This document shows positions 49,452 to 59,499 of a stretch of 64,000 bases of DNA, piece by piece. The DNA is taken from the IMG/VR virus record IMGVR_UViG_3300012920_000025, positions 22,539 through 86,538 of that record. One strand, written 5' to 3'. A program made the translations under genes and the position numbers. Source of the DNA: a virus. Below the pieces are notes generated by a model. It searched no databases, was not told the DNA's origin, and saw only the letters and a list, made by a program, of their open reading frames with translations. The first letter of the stretch is position 1; the number at the start of each line of letters is the position of its first letter.

Positions 49452-49975
49452 TTGATCTTAAAAAAGATGTAGACTGGAAGAAAGTGTTCGGTGTCATTAA
49501 CTCAGTGAGTACACTAACTCGTAATCAAACCAGACCACTCCGCACTGAGATTGTGGAAATGGCTATTGCAAAATACAGTGGCGGTAAGTTGAAGTATGTC
49601 GGTGATTCTGCCGATGGTATGGACTTCGAAGGTTCTGATGGTCTTCGGTATGAGTGCAAGATGCAAGGTACAATCTTTCAACCAACTACACCACACAGTG
49701 CTAAGGTTGTTTTAAAGAATCACTACTCAACCAAGAAACAGAATGTCAAGAAGACGTTTGACAAGATGATCTTTATTGATACCAAGAAGAGAAAGGTCGG
49801 CGTTGTAGACTTCGAGCAACTCTCAATAGAGAACAAGTCTGCTGATGTTAAATGTTGGGTAAAAGATCAAAGCGTTGTGAACATCGTTGCTGATGGCATA
49901 ACCGCTGATAAGGGTTATGACGGATTAAACATGGAAAAAGTTATTTTTGAAGCAATACAAAATAGTTTAAAATAA
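49448..49975 (+). CDS. Putative PD-(D/E)xK endonuclease
   Basis: E...GMDF...YECK spacing. Coupled to the upstream MTase. Confidence 0.5.
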   Translation: MIDLKKDVDWKKVFGVINSVSTLTRNQTRPLRTEIVEMAIAKYSGGKLKYVGDSADGMDFEGSDGLRYECKMQGTIFQPTTPHSAKVVLKNHYSTKKQNVKKTFDKMIFIDTKKRKVGVVDFEQLSIENKSADVKCWVKDQSVVNIVADGITADKGYDGLNMEKVIFEAIQNSLK

Positions 49976-50032
49976 GTCTTGACAAAACAATAAACAAATT
50001 ATATGATGATTAAAAGAAAAGGAGGTGAAGCG

Positions 50033-51190
50033 ATGAACACAGCACAAGTTATACCTATCTCACGCGCACAGCGATTGCCGACGGCTGCAATTAAGGAGGT
50101 CATTGAATACGTTGAGAAAGTAGCAGTTAAAATCAGAGAAAATCAATGTCCTGTACGAACCCAGTATTATGGAAGTCCAACGCTTATACGAGAGTATTTG
50201 GTGCCGGTTGACCTACTCTCAACAGACATTAAGTCACAAAAGCGAAGAAAGGGCAAAAACTCAGCAATTGTATCTCAACTATCGAAACAGTTTGAGCGTG
50301 ATGGCCAGAGTAAGGGTATTTGTTGTAAGGTTGTACAAGATGAAGACGGTAACTGGGAGATTATTATCAGGTGGGGTAACCACCGTTGGAAAGCAGTCTT
50401 GAACTTGGTATCGAGAGGTTCGAATATTCTTGGTGTAGATCAAGGTTATGTTTGGATTTCTATATTCAACGAGTATCATGCAGATCATGAACTTAATGGT
50501 TTGCAAACAATCGAAAACAACCTACAAGAAGCATCGGAACCTGCTGATGATGAGGATAACCTAGATTCTTTAGATCAAGCGTGGAAGGATGGAGAACTTG
50601 ATACCACCGAGAAGTTCTCGAAACTGTCTCAAGAAGACAAGCAAGAGCAACTAAAAAAGTGGATTGAATCTTTCATGGGTGCAAACGTAAAGCAACCATC
50701 TAGGTTAATCAAAAAGTTCTTTAAAAGAAACTCTGCAAAAGTTAGAACTGATACGAAAGAAGCAGAAGATCATCAGGATCACTGGAATCTTTATGAAAGT
50801 CATAACTTTGGTGGAATTAAGTTTACGAATGCTGGAAAAAGGAACAACACGGTATACTACAATGGGAAGACCCATGCTCAATACCACATGAACGGTGATT
50901 TCTGGGCAGGAGCAACCATTCAGCAGATGAGTCATGCCAAACTTGGACTGCTCCCGAATCAGAACCCAAAGGCAGACGTTGTACATCTTGTCGTCTCACT
51001 GCCCTTAAATGTACTGAAAGATGGTCAAGCAAAAATACAAAGTCGAAGACAGGAATGGGAAAACGCTGTTAAGCATTGGAATCAAACACTTGGCAAGATT
51101 GTTGACTATCTTTACATTATGCCCCAGACTGGTCCAGAAGAGTTGAACTCAAAGAAGGGGAACCCTTGGATTAAAAAGATTAAATTTTAA
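50033..51190 (+). CDS. ParB/Srx-like N-terminal domain protein
   Basis: IIIRWGNHRWKAV (GxHR motif) and EN. Own promoter TTGACA-17-TATGAT (49979-50007) and AAGGAGG RBS. Confidence 0.6.
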   Translation: MNTAQVIPISRAQRLPTAAIKEVIEYVEKVAVKIRENQCPVRTQYYGSPTLIREYLVPVDLLSTDIKSQKRRKGKNSAIVSQLSKQFERDGQSKGICCKVVQDEDGNWEIIIRWGNHRWKAVLNLVSRGSNILGVDQGYVWISIFNEYHADHELNGLQTIENNLQEASEPADDEDNLDSLDQAWKDGELDTTEKFSKLSQEDKQEQLKKWIESFMGANVKQPSRLIKKFFKRNSAKVRTDTKEAEDHQDHWNLYESHNFGGIKFTNAGKRNNTVYYNGKTHAQYHMNGDFWAGATIQQMSHAKLGLLPNQNPKADVVHLVVSLPLNVLKDGQAKIQSRRQEWENAVKHWNQTLGKIVDYLYIMPQTGPEELNSKKGNPWIKKIKF

Positions 51191-51197
51191 ATAAATC

Positions 51198-51226
51198 TTG
51201 ACAAACAAATAAAACATTTATATAAT
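51198..51226 (+). promoter_or_regulatory. Consensus sigma70 promoter of the RNA ligase gene
   Basis: TTGACA-17 bp-TATAAT. Confidence 0.8.
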
Positions 51227-51251
51227 ACTTTCACAACTTAAATGAAAGGAC

Positions 51252-52409
51252 ATGATTATGTCAGTACATGCTAATGTGCCAAAGATTGCTAAACTTATCA
51301 CCTCAGAGATTCGTACTATTGAGGACAAGAAAACAAAGTGGGCATCGTTTAAGAGAGAGAACGCTCAGTTATTCAAGGAACTACTACACCTTGAGCACAC
51401 TGACATGCAGAACCCAGGTGAGTTACTCGGGTTTGACATTGATGAGGAGCGTCAACTTATTCTTTTAAATTATACTGGACAGGCACATAATGTACTGCAC
51501 GAAGTAGACAGAGGTTGGTCCCAACCCCTGCGCGATATGCGCGGTATGATCTACGACTTCAGTGTGGAGGAACCGGTTCTCGTTAGTCGCGGGTTCGAGA
51601 AGTTCTTCAACTATAGTGAGTTGCCAGAAAATACTTATGAGGCGCTTATTGGTAAGTTTGGAACAGAGAAATACCTTGCTCGTGAGAAAGCGGATGGACA
51701 TATGATTGAATACTTTGTCCACAACGGTGAACTGTGTTCCTCCACCCGAGGCAAATTTGGAACAGTTAGTGCGGAGATTGCAAACGATATGCTTTCTCTT
51801 TCGGACTTTCAACAGGTAGAAAAGACTGTAGGAAAGAAACTAATGACCATTGTAGTGGAGTTGATCCATCCCTACACTAAGGTCTTTGTTGATTATGACA
51901 ACGCGGAAACGCTATACCTGTTGAACGCTTATGACTCCGATGGCAACTCCCTTGATGTTGCAGAGTTGGAGTATATTTGTGAGTCAATGCCGCACCTCTT
52001 TATTTGTCCTGAGTCTCGTGAGATGACTCTGAATGAAATCGTTGACGAAGTTAGCAGTCGTTCAGTGTCAAATCACGAGGGTTGGGTCATGAACTTTAAT
52101 GGTCAACTCATTAAGTTTAAATATATTAACTACGTTGGCGAAATGGTCAAGAGTAAGTTGAGTTACAAGTATATCATGAACTGTATGATCAAGGGTCGCT
52201 TAGATAAAATGATGTTCATGCTACCAGAAGAAATTCGTGATGCGGCATACAGGATGGTTGACGTTGTGAATGAGACTATGGACAATGCTTACGATTCAGG
52301 TGATCACAAGGTTTTGTATGAGTTACACAATGACAACGAGGGAGGCGTCAATTACTTCAGGACTGTTTGCAGAAACTTCTACAGGTTTATAGCAGCACAT
52401 GAAGTTTGA
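51252..52409 (+). CDS. RNA ligase, T4 Rnl1 family
   Basis: RGMIY...SRGFEKFFNY, motif I EKADG, STRG, motif IV EGWV and motif V KFK. Confidence 0.8.
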   Translation: MIMSVHANVPKIAKLITSEIRTIEDKKTKWASFKRENAQLFKELLHLEHTDMQNPGELLGFDIDEERQLILLNYTGQAHNVLHEVDRGWSQPLRDMRGMIYDFSVEEPVLVSRGFEKFFNYSELPENTYEALIGKFGTEKYLAREKADGHMIEYFVHNGELCSSTRGKFGTVSAEIANDMLSLSDFQQVEKTVGKKLMTIVVELIHPYTKVFVDYDNAETLYLLNAYDSDGNSLDVAELEYICESMPHLFICPESREMTLNEIVDEVSSRSVSNHEGWVMNFNGQLIKFKYINYVGEMVKSKLSYKYIMNCMIKGRLDKMMFMLPEEIRDAAYRMVDVVNETMDNAYDSGDHKVLYELHNDNEGGVNYFRTVCRNFYRFIAAHEV

Positions 52410-52525
52410 ACACATACTTTTAGTAGGGTGCTATGCCTACACTCTATCTGCGATAGTGAGGTTTGTCATCTCAAGGAGCAAACCATCACCTGACCAAGAG
52501 AGGAAGGAAAGGTTAGATATTTTGT

Positions 52526-53032
52526 ATGGCAGAAGAAAAACAGATAGTTGATAAGATCTTATACTATCTGAAAAATGTTGTCGAACCCCAGAGAGATGAG
52601 TTTTCTGGTTTTGCGACGTGTCCATTCTCAAAAGCAGAACGAACACAAAACAAGGTTTGGATAACAAAGTTTGACATAACCGAGGTGTCCGTACTTGATA
52701 TGGTTGAAGGCATGTTATCTAGGGAGTATGAGTCAGGACTGTTCGCTTTGTTTGAAGGTGACTTGCCACTGAATTTAGATCCAGACGAGACTAGAAAGTT
52801 TCAAAACTTTATAAACAATTTGTTAAGGCAGGCGGGATTCAATGAATATAAAAGTATTTGTTTTAATCCCAATGATGAGTTGGACGTTTGCGGGTACAAT
52901 CCAAGATCAAAAGCACCATACTTTTTAATAAACATAGCAAGAAGAGAAATCTTAGAAAAAGCAAACAAATCATTGAAAAAAACAAATTATTATGATAAAC
53001 TTCCAAAGAAATATAGAGATTACTTAAAATAA
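52526..53032 (+). CDS. DUF1415-like hypothetical protein
   Basis: VVEPQ...TCPFSKA...RSKAPYFLINI. Confidence 0.45.
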   Translation: MAEEKQIVDKILYYLKNVVEPQRDEFSGFATCPFSKAERTQNKVWITKFDITEVSVLDMVEGMLSREYESGLFALFEGDLPLNLDPDETRKFQNFINNLLRQAGFNEYKSICFNPNDELDVCGYNPRSKAPYFLINIARREILEKANKSLKKTNYYDKLPKKYRDYLK

Positions 53033-53033
53033 T

Positions 53034-53109
53034 GGACCTGTAGCTCAGGGGTTAGAGCAGTCGGCTCATAACCGATCGGTCCTCGGTTCAAATCCGAGCG
53101 GGTCCACCA
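53034..53109 (+). tRNA. tRNA with CAU anticodon, most likely tRNA-Ile2 (lysidine, reads AUA)
   Basis: Acceptor GGACCTG/CGGGTCC, anticodon arm GTCGG-CTCATAA-CCGAT, TTCAAAT T-loop and encoded CCA. G1-C72 is paired and the anticodon stem lacks the initiator GGG/CCC. Overall it resembles bacterial Ile2. Confidence 0.9.
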
Positions 53110-53132
53110 CTTTATTTTATAAGGAGTGCGAT

Positions 53133-53357
53133 ATGGTAAAGAGAATGATAATGGAGAACCTACCATCAGATCAAAGGCACGTAGACCTAGATTTAACTGC
53201 TACCAACGTCTTCCATGATCTAAAGTCTGTAGGTCGCGACGTAGAGTTACGACACATCTTTGTTGCTTTTAAGGAACTGAACGACACACAAGACCTAGTT
53301 ATCTTCAGTAATGGTAAAGTCGCAGCAACAAGAAAAGGACTTAGGTCTTATGAGTAG
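53133..53357 (+). CDS. Hypothetical protein
   Basis: AAGGAG RBS, 74 aa. Confidence 0.5.
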   Translation: MVKRMIMENLPSDQRHVDLDLTATNVFHDLKSVGRDVELRHIFVAFKELNDTQDLVIFSNGKVAATRKGLRSYE

Positions 53358-53540
53358 GGGGATTAGCAATGCTATCGGATACATGGTGTTATTACCTGGA
53401 CCCAGACTCTGCCCACAGGGTGTTGAGAGTTGATAGACCCATATCAAAACAGCAAGCGATATTCATTTTAAAAAAAAGATTGCAAATTCCAAAAATATAC
53501 TTTATTATTAGTTGTAACAAAATGGTGGAAGGAAAGAATA

Positions 53541-54239
53541 ATGCTTGAACGAATCCAAGAACTTCTTATAAAGGTAGATCGAGCGACTGCTGCGGGTGTC
53601 ATACTTGAAACAACTAACGGCCGTTTTAAGGACTTTCTCAAGAATATGAGAACCCAGGTGGCGACTGGTCGTTCACTATCCCCTGGTCAAAACAAGTATC
53701 TTGTTGACATAGAAAATACCTGTTCCGATGAGACTATCAGGGAGGCGGACCAATGGTCTGCAAACTACAATGACGAACTTAGGGAAGTCGCTGTTGTTTG
53801 TGCTGAGTATTATGAAACAAGTCCCGAGAGTTCTAACTACTTTAAGAGAGAAAGAGCAAAAGTCTTATCAAACCCAACTGGTCATGTGTTGAGCAAACGA
53901 GAGTTTGCAAGAATGTGCATGAACAAGTATGCTGATAAAGTTATCAACGAAATGAAAACTGAACCGAGATTCTCAGTCGGACAGATTGTGGAGGTTCGCA
54001 CAACAAATAGACTAGATATGACTCCCTATTACGACAAGCAGAAAGCAAGAAGTGCTTACGACCTATTCAGGAGAGCGATGCGCGGAGAGCGAGTCATGGC
54101 ACTTGTTACTAAGGTTAACGCCATGCCAATGTACCGCGCTGTTGCTGGTGGCAAGGTATACTCCATTGTTCCTCTTGGTTCAATGAACAGTTATTATGCT
54201 TGCGAAAAAGATCTAAAGAAATCAAGAAAGGTTAAGTAA
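53541..54239 (+). CDS. Hypothetical protein with a C-terminal SH3-like segment
   Basis: 232 aa. TTGCAA-17-TATTAT promoter at 53480-53508. Confidence 0.55.
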   Translation: MLERIQELLIKVDRATAAGVILETTNGRFKDFLKNMRTQVATGRSLSPGQNKYLVDIENTCSDETIREADQWSANYNDELREVAVVCAEYYETSPESSNYFKRERAKVLSNPTGHVLSKREFARMCMNKYADKVINEMKTEPRFSVGQIVEVRTTNRLDMTPYYDKQKARSAYDLFRRAMRGERVMALVTKVNAMPMYRAVAGGKVYSIVPLGSMNSYYACEKDLKKSRKVK

Positions 54240-54757
54240 TGTTTAGTAACGACGGCAAGCGCCACCTGATAAAGCAAGCGTGGCCAGGCACTATGGTGTA
54301 CATCCATCCGCACTCTGATTTGTCTGGCGGTGGATGGGCAATGGTAACTGAAGTTTCAGTAAAGGATCTTCAAGGGAATCCAAATGTGGTTGAGGTAATC
54401 TACCCTAGCGGCCGCTGTGCTCCTGCTGATGAGTTCATGATAACGGAGGTAAGAAAATGATAAAACTAGATAGTTTCGCAAAGTTGTTGGAGATGGAAGT
54501 GAGCATCATCCAAGAATTGATTAGGAAATACTCTGTTGAGGTTCTCAATGGAGACATTAGTTTCCCCCGCGCCATTAAGAGGTTGCATTACGATACCGGT
54601 CTTGAGGAGTCTTTATTAGAGGAAAAGATTGCAGAAGAGGTTCATCATCTCTGCCCAGTGTACCCAGGAGTTAACCCTTGAAAGAGTTTGTGTTAGTTGC
54701 CATAGGGTTTATACTAGGGTGCGCTCTTGGCGTCCAAGGTTTGGTCGAACTGTCCCA

Positions 54758-54820
54758 TAAAGTATTGAAAGTATTCAACATTTAAATTTATTTGCATTTC
54801 TACTTTTATTATGTTCTAAT
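54758..54820 (+). promoter_or_regulatory. Repeated early promoter, copy 1
   Basis: TAAAGTATTGAAA box, then TTGCAT-17-TCTAAT with an extended TG. Confidence 0.7.
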
Positions 54821-55578
54821 ACAAACATAACAAAGGAGGCAGCAATGGAGAGTTTTGACAAGTACGGTCAACCATGCGGTGAATACTGGACACACCCTGG
54901 CATGTTCATTGGTGATTTGGTCTTCTACAAAGAAGAGAGTTGGTGTGTAGGTGCTAAGGAGGAACATGGTGTCGGTGTTGTAGTAGACTTCGATGGGTAT
55001 GATAAATACAAAGTACGATGGTCAAAAACTATGCACTGGGTAACACAATATGAGAGTCATCACTTGGAGTTAGCAAATGAAAGTCGGTGACACGGTAAGA
55101 CACAGGATCTATGGACTCTGCATATTGTTGAGTAAAGACATCACACTTCACGATGGGGATTGGTTGGTATACACTCCCAAACATCATGGTAAGAAAACTA
55201 GAGTTCGTAAGAGTTGGTTGGAGGCACTATGAAAGCAGGCGACTTGGTAATGTGGAAGTGGAATGGGGAAGTGAGTTCTCATAAAATGGGTCTTATTGTT
55301 TCAGATTATACATTGTCTCTCGCACCAGATGGTTCTAGTTACAAGAATGTTTATTGGTTTGACCAACAGTGGGTTAGACCCATTGAGCAGCAATACTTGG
55401 AGGTTATCAGTGAAGGTCGGTGATTTGGTAAGAGATATGGACTCTTACACTGATCAGAACGGGTACACTGGTGAGTATGGAATTATCATAGAAGTAGATG
55501 AACCCGAAGGAATGTATAAGGTCATCTGGAATACTCGCGGTAGTGAGTGGTTGACCGAAATGTATCTTGAAGTTGTTG

Positions 55579-55642
55579 TAAGTTCTTAAAATCATTTAAC
55601 TTTTCATTTTTATTTGCATTTTGTTTTTTATTATGGTCTAAT
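55579..55642 (+). promoter_or_regulatory. Repeated early promoter, copy 2
   Basis: TTCATTTTTATTTGCATTTTGTTTTTTATTATGGTCTAAT, identical to the core of copy 3. Confidence 0.75.
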
Positions 55643-56731
55643 ACAAACATATCGAAGGAGGCAAAATGAAAATAGGTGATTTAGTCAAAGGTGCTTACGA
55701 CAAGAACAAGTATCGCACTGGTATTATAGTACGCATATCACACCCAGACGAATACGGATCATTCGGTGAAGTTGCTCATGTATTGTGGACATCAACACCC
55801 GTGGGTTTATCACAAACCGGCCCTGCTTGGGTAAGTGACTTGGAGAAACTATGACAGTCGGTGATTCAGTTAGACCTAAGCATGACCTGTACAACAGAGG
55901 CATTGGAGTTATTGTCAACGTCGAACCATCAGTAAAGTTTCCTAACGGTCAAATCGCATCTGCTCGTTACTGGGTATTGTATGCGAAAGGTGACAGAGAA
56001 GTAGCAACCGGATTAGCATTGGAGAAAATATAATGATTAGTTTGGTGTTTTTCATGGTTTGCTTGACATTTAGCACCACTGTCTATATTATCTTGAGGTT
56101 ATCTCAAATTGAACAAGATATGATCGAAGCAAAACTTCAGTATGACGTAACGCAACAAATACCAGTAAGAAAGAGGAAAGTATAATGGGATATAGATCAG
56201 AAGTTTATCTTAGAATCGCGGAACCTTTAGTCGAGGTAGTTGATGCTGCTCGCAAACTAGACGAAAATCTTGACAAGATGTTATCTGTCGCCGAAGTGGA
56301 AAGGGTTGATGAAGCAAAGACAGACTTTCATTGGGAGTACACAAAGTGGTACGACACCTACCCAGAGGTTAGAGCAGTAGAGAGTCTATTGGATATGCTA
56401 CAGGATGATGACTATGGGTTTATCATATTAGGTGAGGAGCAGGGTGACATCGAGCAAAAGGGGTATCCAAGCGATTACGATATGTATACTAACACAAGTG
56501 TTGATTGGTAGGTGAGTATGGGACTAAAAGTAAAGAGTGATTTTATTGGTAGAACGGTCAAGCACAAGTTTGGAGACAAAGTTGGCGTTGTTATTGACGG
56601 GTATAAGATCGACAACAAAGACTCACTTTACACTGATGTGTTCAAGGTACTGTATAGCGATAAGAGTGTAGAGGTGCTTATCTTTCATGAGACTGCTTCC
56701 CAGTATGAACCTTGGCAAATCTTAGATTAAA

Positions 56732-56795
56732 TAAGTTATTGAAATCATTTAGTTTTTCATTTTTATTTGCATTTTGTTTTTTATTATGGTCTAAT
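56732..56795 (+). promoter_or_regulatory. Repeated early promoter, copy 3
   Basis: TAAGTTATTGAAA box, then TTGCAT-17-TCTAAT. Confidence 0.75.
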
Positions 56796-56850
56796 GTATT
56801 TGTTCGTTGGGAACACAACTTTAACTGCTAATTACAACAGGAGATAAATC

Positions 56851-57918
56851 ATGGCAGTAGATTTCAAAACCTTTGGCAAGATGGTCAAGCATGTTACCGC
56901 AGTTCGCAAACCAGTTCTGCTACGTGGTCGTCACGGTATTGGTAAATCTACCGTGGTTTACCAGTATGCCAACCACATTGGGAAACCTGTTGTTGAGCGT
57001 CGTGCATCACAGATGACTGAGGGTGACTTGGTTGGTCTGCCATCCGTTGAGGGTAACTCTACTCGGTTCAATCCTCCTGATTGGTTCAAGACCGCTTGCG
57101 ATATACCATGCGTCTTGTTCTTGGATGAGGTGGATCGTGCTACTCTTGAGGTCCGTCAGGGTATCTTCGAGTTGACTGACAGTCGCAAGTTGAACGGTCA
57201 TCATTTGCATGAGGACACTATTGTCTTCGCAGCAGTTAACGGTGGTGAGCATGGGTCACAGTATCAGGTAGGTGAGATGGACCCAGCAGAGTTAGACCGA
57301 TGGACTGTCTTTGACATTGAACCATCTATTGATGACTGGTTGAATTGGGCCAAGGACGCTGGTATCTCCGATGAGGTATGGAACTTTATCAACCAGAACC
57401 ATGCACACCTTGAGCATACGGATGACTTTGAACCAAACAAGGTCTACCCTTCACGTCGTTCATGGGAACGTCTTGATGAGTGCTTGTCACAAGGTAAGTT
57501 GTTTAGTGACCACAATGCTTTGTATCACTTGACCAACGCTTTTGTTGGGTTTGAGGCAGCGGTGGCATTCCGTGACTTTGTTGTCAACTTTGACAAGCAA
57601 GTAACTGTAGAAGACATACTGATTAAGGGTGATTTCTCTAAGGTTCGCAACTTCGAGATTAACGACTACTCTGCACTTGTTTCAAAGTTCGAGGCAGAGG
57701 AAGTGTTCAAGAGTGAACTATCCGATGACTTGATCGAGAATGTTGCTACGTTCATGATGACGGGTATGCCCTCAGAGGTAGTGATGAAGATGTGGTCACT
57801 GCTAGGACAGACTGGTGGTGATGAACAGAAGAACCTACTGAAGATTCATCAGGTGTCAGTTGAGGGTAGGACGTTCTCTGACTTCTTGGTAGAGATGTTA
57901 GGGAGCGAAGATAAATAA
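56851..57918 (+). CDS. MoxR/dynein-related AAA+ ATPase
   Basis: GRHGIGKS Walker A, LFLDEVDR Walker B, AAVN, MDPAELDRW and PSRRSWE. Confidence 0.85.
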   Translation: MAVDFKTFGKMVKHVTAVRKPVLLRGRHGIGKSTVVYQYANHIGKPVVERRASQMTEGDLVGLPSVEGNSTRFNPPDWFKTACDIPCVLFLDEVDRATLEVRQGIFELTDSRKLNGHHLHEDTIVFAAVNGGEHGSQYQVGEMDPAELDRWTVFDIEPSIDDWLNWAKDAGISDEVWNFINQNHAHLEHTDDFEPNKVYPSRRSWERLDECLSQGKLFSDHNALYHLTNAFVGFEAAVAFRDFVVNFDKQVTVEDILIKGDFSKVRNFEINDYSALVSKFEAEEVFKSELSDDLIENVATFMMTGMPSEVVMKMWSLLGQTGGDEQKNLLKIHQVSVEGRTFSDFLVEMLGSEDK

Positions 57919-57988
57919 ATTTGACTTTCTTTGAATGTTCAACTATCATTGTTTGTAAGTTAGAAAAACATTGGCTACGAGGTGTATT

Positions 57989-59209
57989 ATGAATAACCAA
58001 ACCAAAGACTTTGACTTGAACATGCACACTGCACGTTTGTTGATGGAGGAACCGTTCTTCGCAGCGATCTCTCGACGCATCAACAAGCGGGCATCATTCG
58101 GTGTACCAACAGCAGGTGTTATCGTCAATCAGGACACTGCACAGTTTGAAATGCTTTACAATCCTATGTTCTTTGAGGGTTTAAGTGACCGAGAGCGTCG
58201 TGCAGTGTTGATACACGAGTTCTATCATATTATCTTCAAGCATGTTACGGATCGTTTGCCTGATAGTGGTATGACTATGGCATGGAACATCGCAGCAGAC
58301 CTCGCTATCAACTCCCATATTCAAGGACTACCCGAAGGTGGGTGTATTCCTGGTGTTGATAAGTTTGCTGATTTCCCTCCATACATGACAGCAGAATGGT
58401 ACTTACCGAAAGTTGAAGAGTTATTAAAAAAGCAGAAAGACAGCGCCCAGAGCGACAAAAACAGTTCAGACAAGCAGGGACAAGGACAACAGGGTCAAAG
58501 TCCAACAGACGGCGATTCTGGTATCACAACGCTTGATGACCATAGTGGTTGGGGTAAACCAAACCAAGAAGTAAAGGATATTGCCAGTGAGAGACTTAAA
58601 GATATTGTCAAGGAGGCATCAGAAGACGCCGCCAAGTGTAACTCGTGGGGATCGGTATCATCGAATGTCAGGCAAGAGATACTTGACTCTCTTAAAACAA
58701 AGATTGATTGGAAAAAAGTATTACGATTCTTTGTAAAGGCATCGCAACGTGCAAACAAGACAAGCACTATTCGACGTATCAATCGTAGGTATCCCTATGT
58801 TCATGCTGGGCGCAAATCTAACCGTGTTGCTAACATTGCAGTAAGTATCGACCAGTCGGGGTCAGTAGATGACAAGATGTTGGGGATGTTCTTTGCAGAA
58901 TTGAATAAACTTTCAGAGGTAGCATCATTCACGGTGATACCCTTTGATACCAGGGTAGATGAAGACAAGGTATACCAGTGGCGCAAGGGTGAGACTCGCA
59001 AGGTAGAGCGCGTGCTGAACGGTGGCACCTGCTTTGATGCACCCACAGAGTATGTCAACAGGGGTAACTTCGATGGCCACATTGTCTTAACAGATATGTG
59101 TGCTCCCAAACCCAAGTCTAGCAAGTGTCAGCGTATGTGGATGACAACACAACAGTATGCTGATCGGGGATACTTTGACACCAAAGAGCGAATTGTTGTT
59201 GTTGACTAA
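57989..59209 (+). CDS. Metallopeptidase-like (HExxH) plus VWA domain protein, DUF2201-type
   Basis: HEFYH, WNIAADLAIN, VSIDQSGS (MIDAS), GGTCF and LTD. Confidence 0.8.
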   Translation: MNNQTKDFDLNMHTARLLMEEPFFAAISRRINKRASFGVPTAGVIVNQDTAQFEMLYNPMFFEGLSDRERRAVLIHEFYHIIFKHVTDRLPDSGMTMAWNIAADLAINSHIQGLPEGGCIPGVDKFADFPPYMTAEWYLPKVEELLKKQKDSAQSDKNSSDKQGQGQQGQSPTDGDSGITTLDDHSGWGKPNQEVKDIASERLKDIVKEASEDAAKCNSWGSVSSNVRQEILDSLKTKIDWKKVLRFFVKASQRANKTSTIRRINRRYPYVHAGRKSNRVANIAVSIDQSGSVDDKMLGMFFAELNKLSEVASFTVIPFDTRVDEDKVYQWRKGETRKVERVLNGGTCFDAPTEYVNRGNFDGHIVLTDMCAPKPKSSKCQRMWMTTQQYADRGYFDTKERIVVVD

Positions 59210-59270
59210 ACTACCGGAATCATTGAACATTTCATTTTTATTTGCATTTTCTTTTTAACTTTGATTTAAT
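59207..59270 (+). promoter_or_regulatory. Repeated early promoter, copy 4
   Basis: TTCATTTTTATTTGCATTTT core, TTGCAT-17-TTTAAT. Confidence 0.7.
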
Positions 59271-59298
59271 AGAAACATAACAAACGTTGGAGAAAACA

Positions 59299-59499
59299 AT
59301 GATTGCAGTTTGTGTTGAATGTTGGGATGAGTATCCAGTGGCAAGAAAGAATTTGGGTTATAAGACTTGCTTAGAGTGTGGCGAGGCGAACGCTAGGGTA
59401 GAGATTGCCAGGAAAGCAAAGTGTACAGCACCAGCGTTCAACAAGGGTGCTTATCAATATGTTGGTAGCGTTGAGGTAGCGAGGAGTGTTGGTCGATGA
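59299..59499 (+). CDS. C4 zinc-finger protein, DksA/TraR finger-like
   Basis: CVEC-x-EYPVAR-x-LG-x-CLEC. Confidence 0.55.
   Translation: MIAVCVECWDEYPVARKNLGYKTCLECGEANARVEIARKAKCTAPAFNKGAYQYVGSVEVARSVGR

Larger units (their letters stand above)
54239..56730 (+). other. Cluster of small putative early CDS (54239-54460, 54457-54681, 54845-55090, 55077-55232, 55229-55423, 55410-55589, 55666-55854, 55851-56033, 56185-56511, 56512-56730)
   Basis: Coupled short ORFs with GGAG(G) RBS. Most start with an M-K-x-G-D-L-V-like strand. Confidence 0.6.

Noticed and set aside
53034-53109. Initiator tRNA-fMet
   Set aside because: Positions 1 and 72 pair (G-C) and the anticodon stem lacks the three consecutive G-C pairs of initiators.
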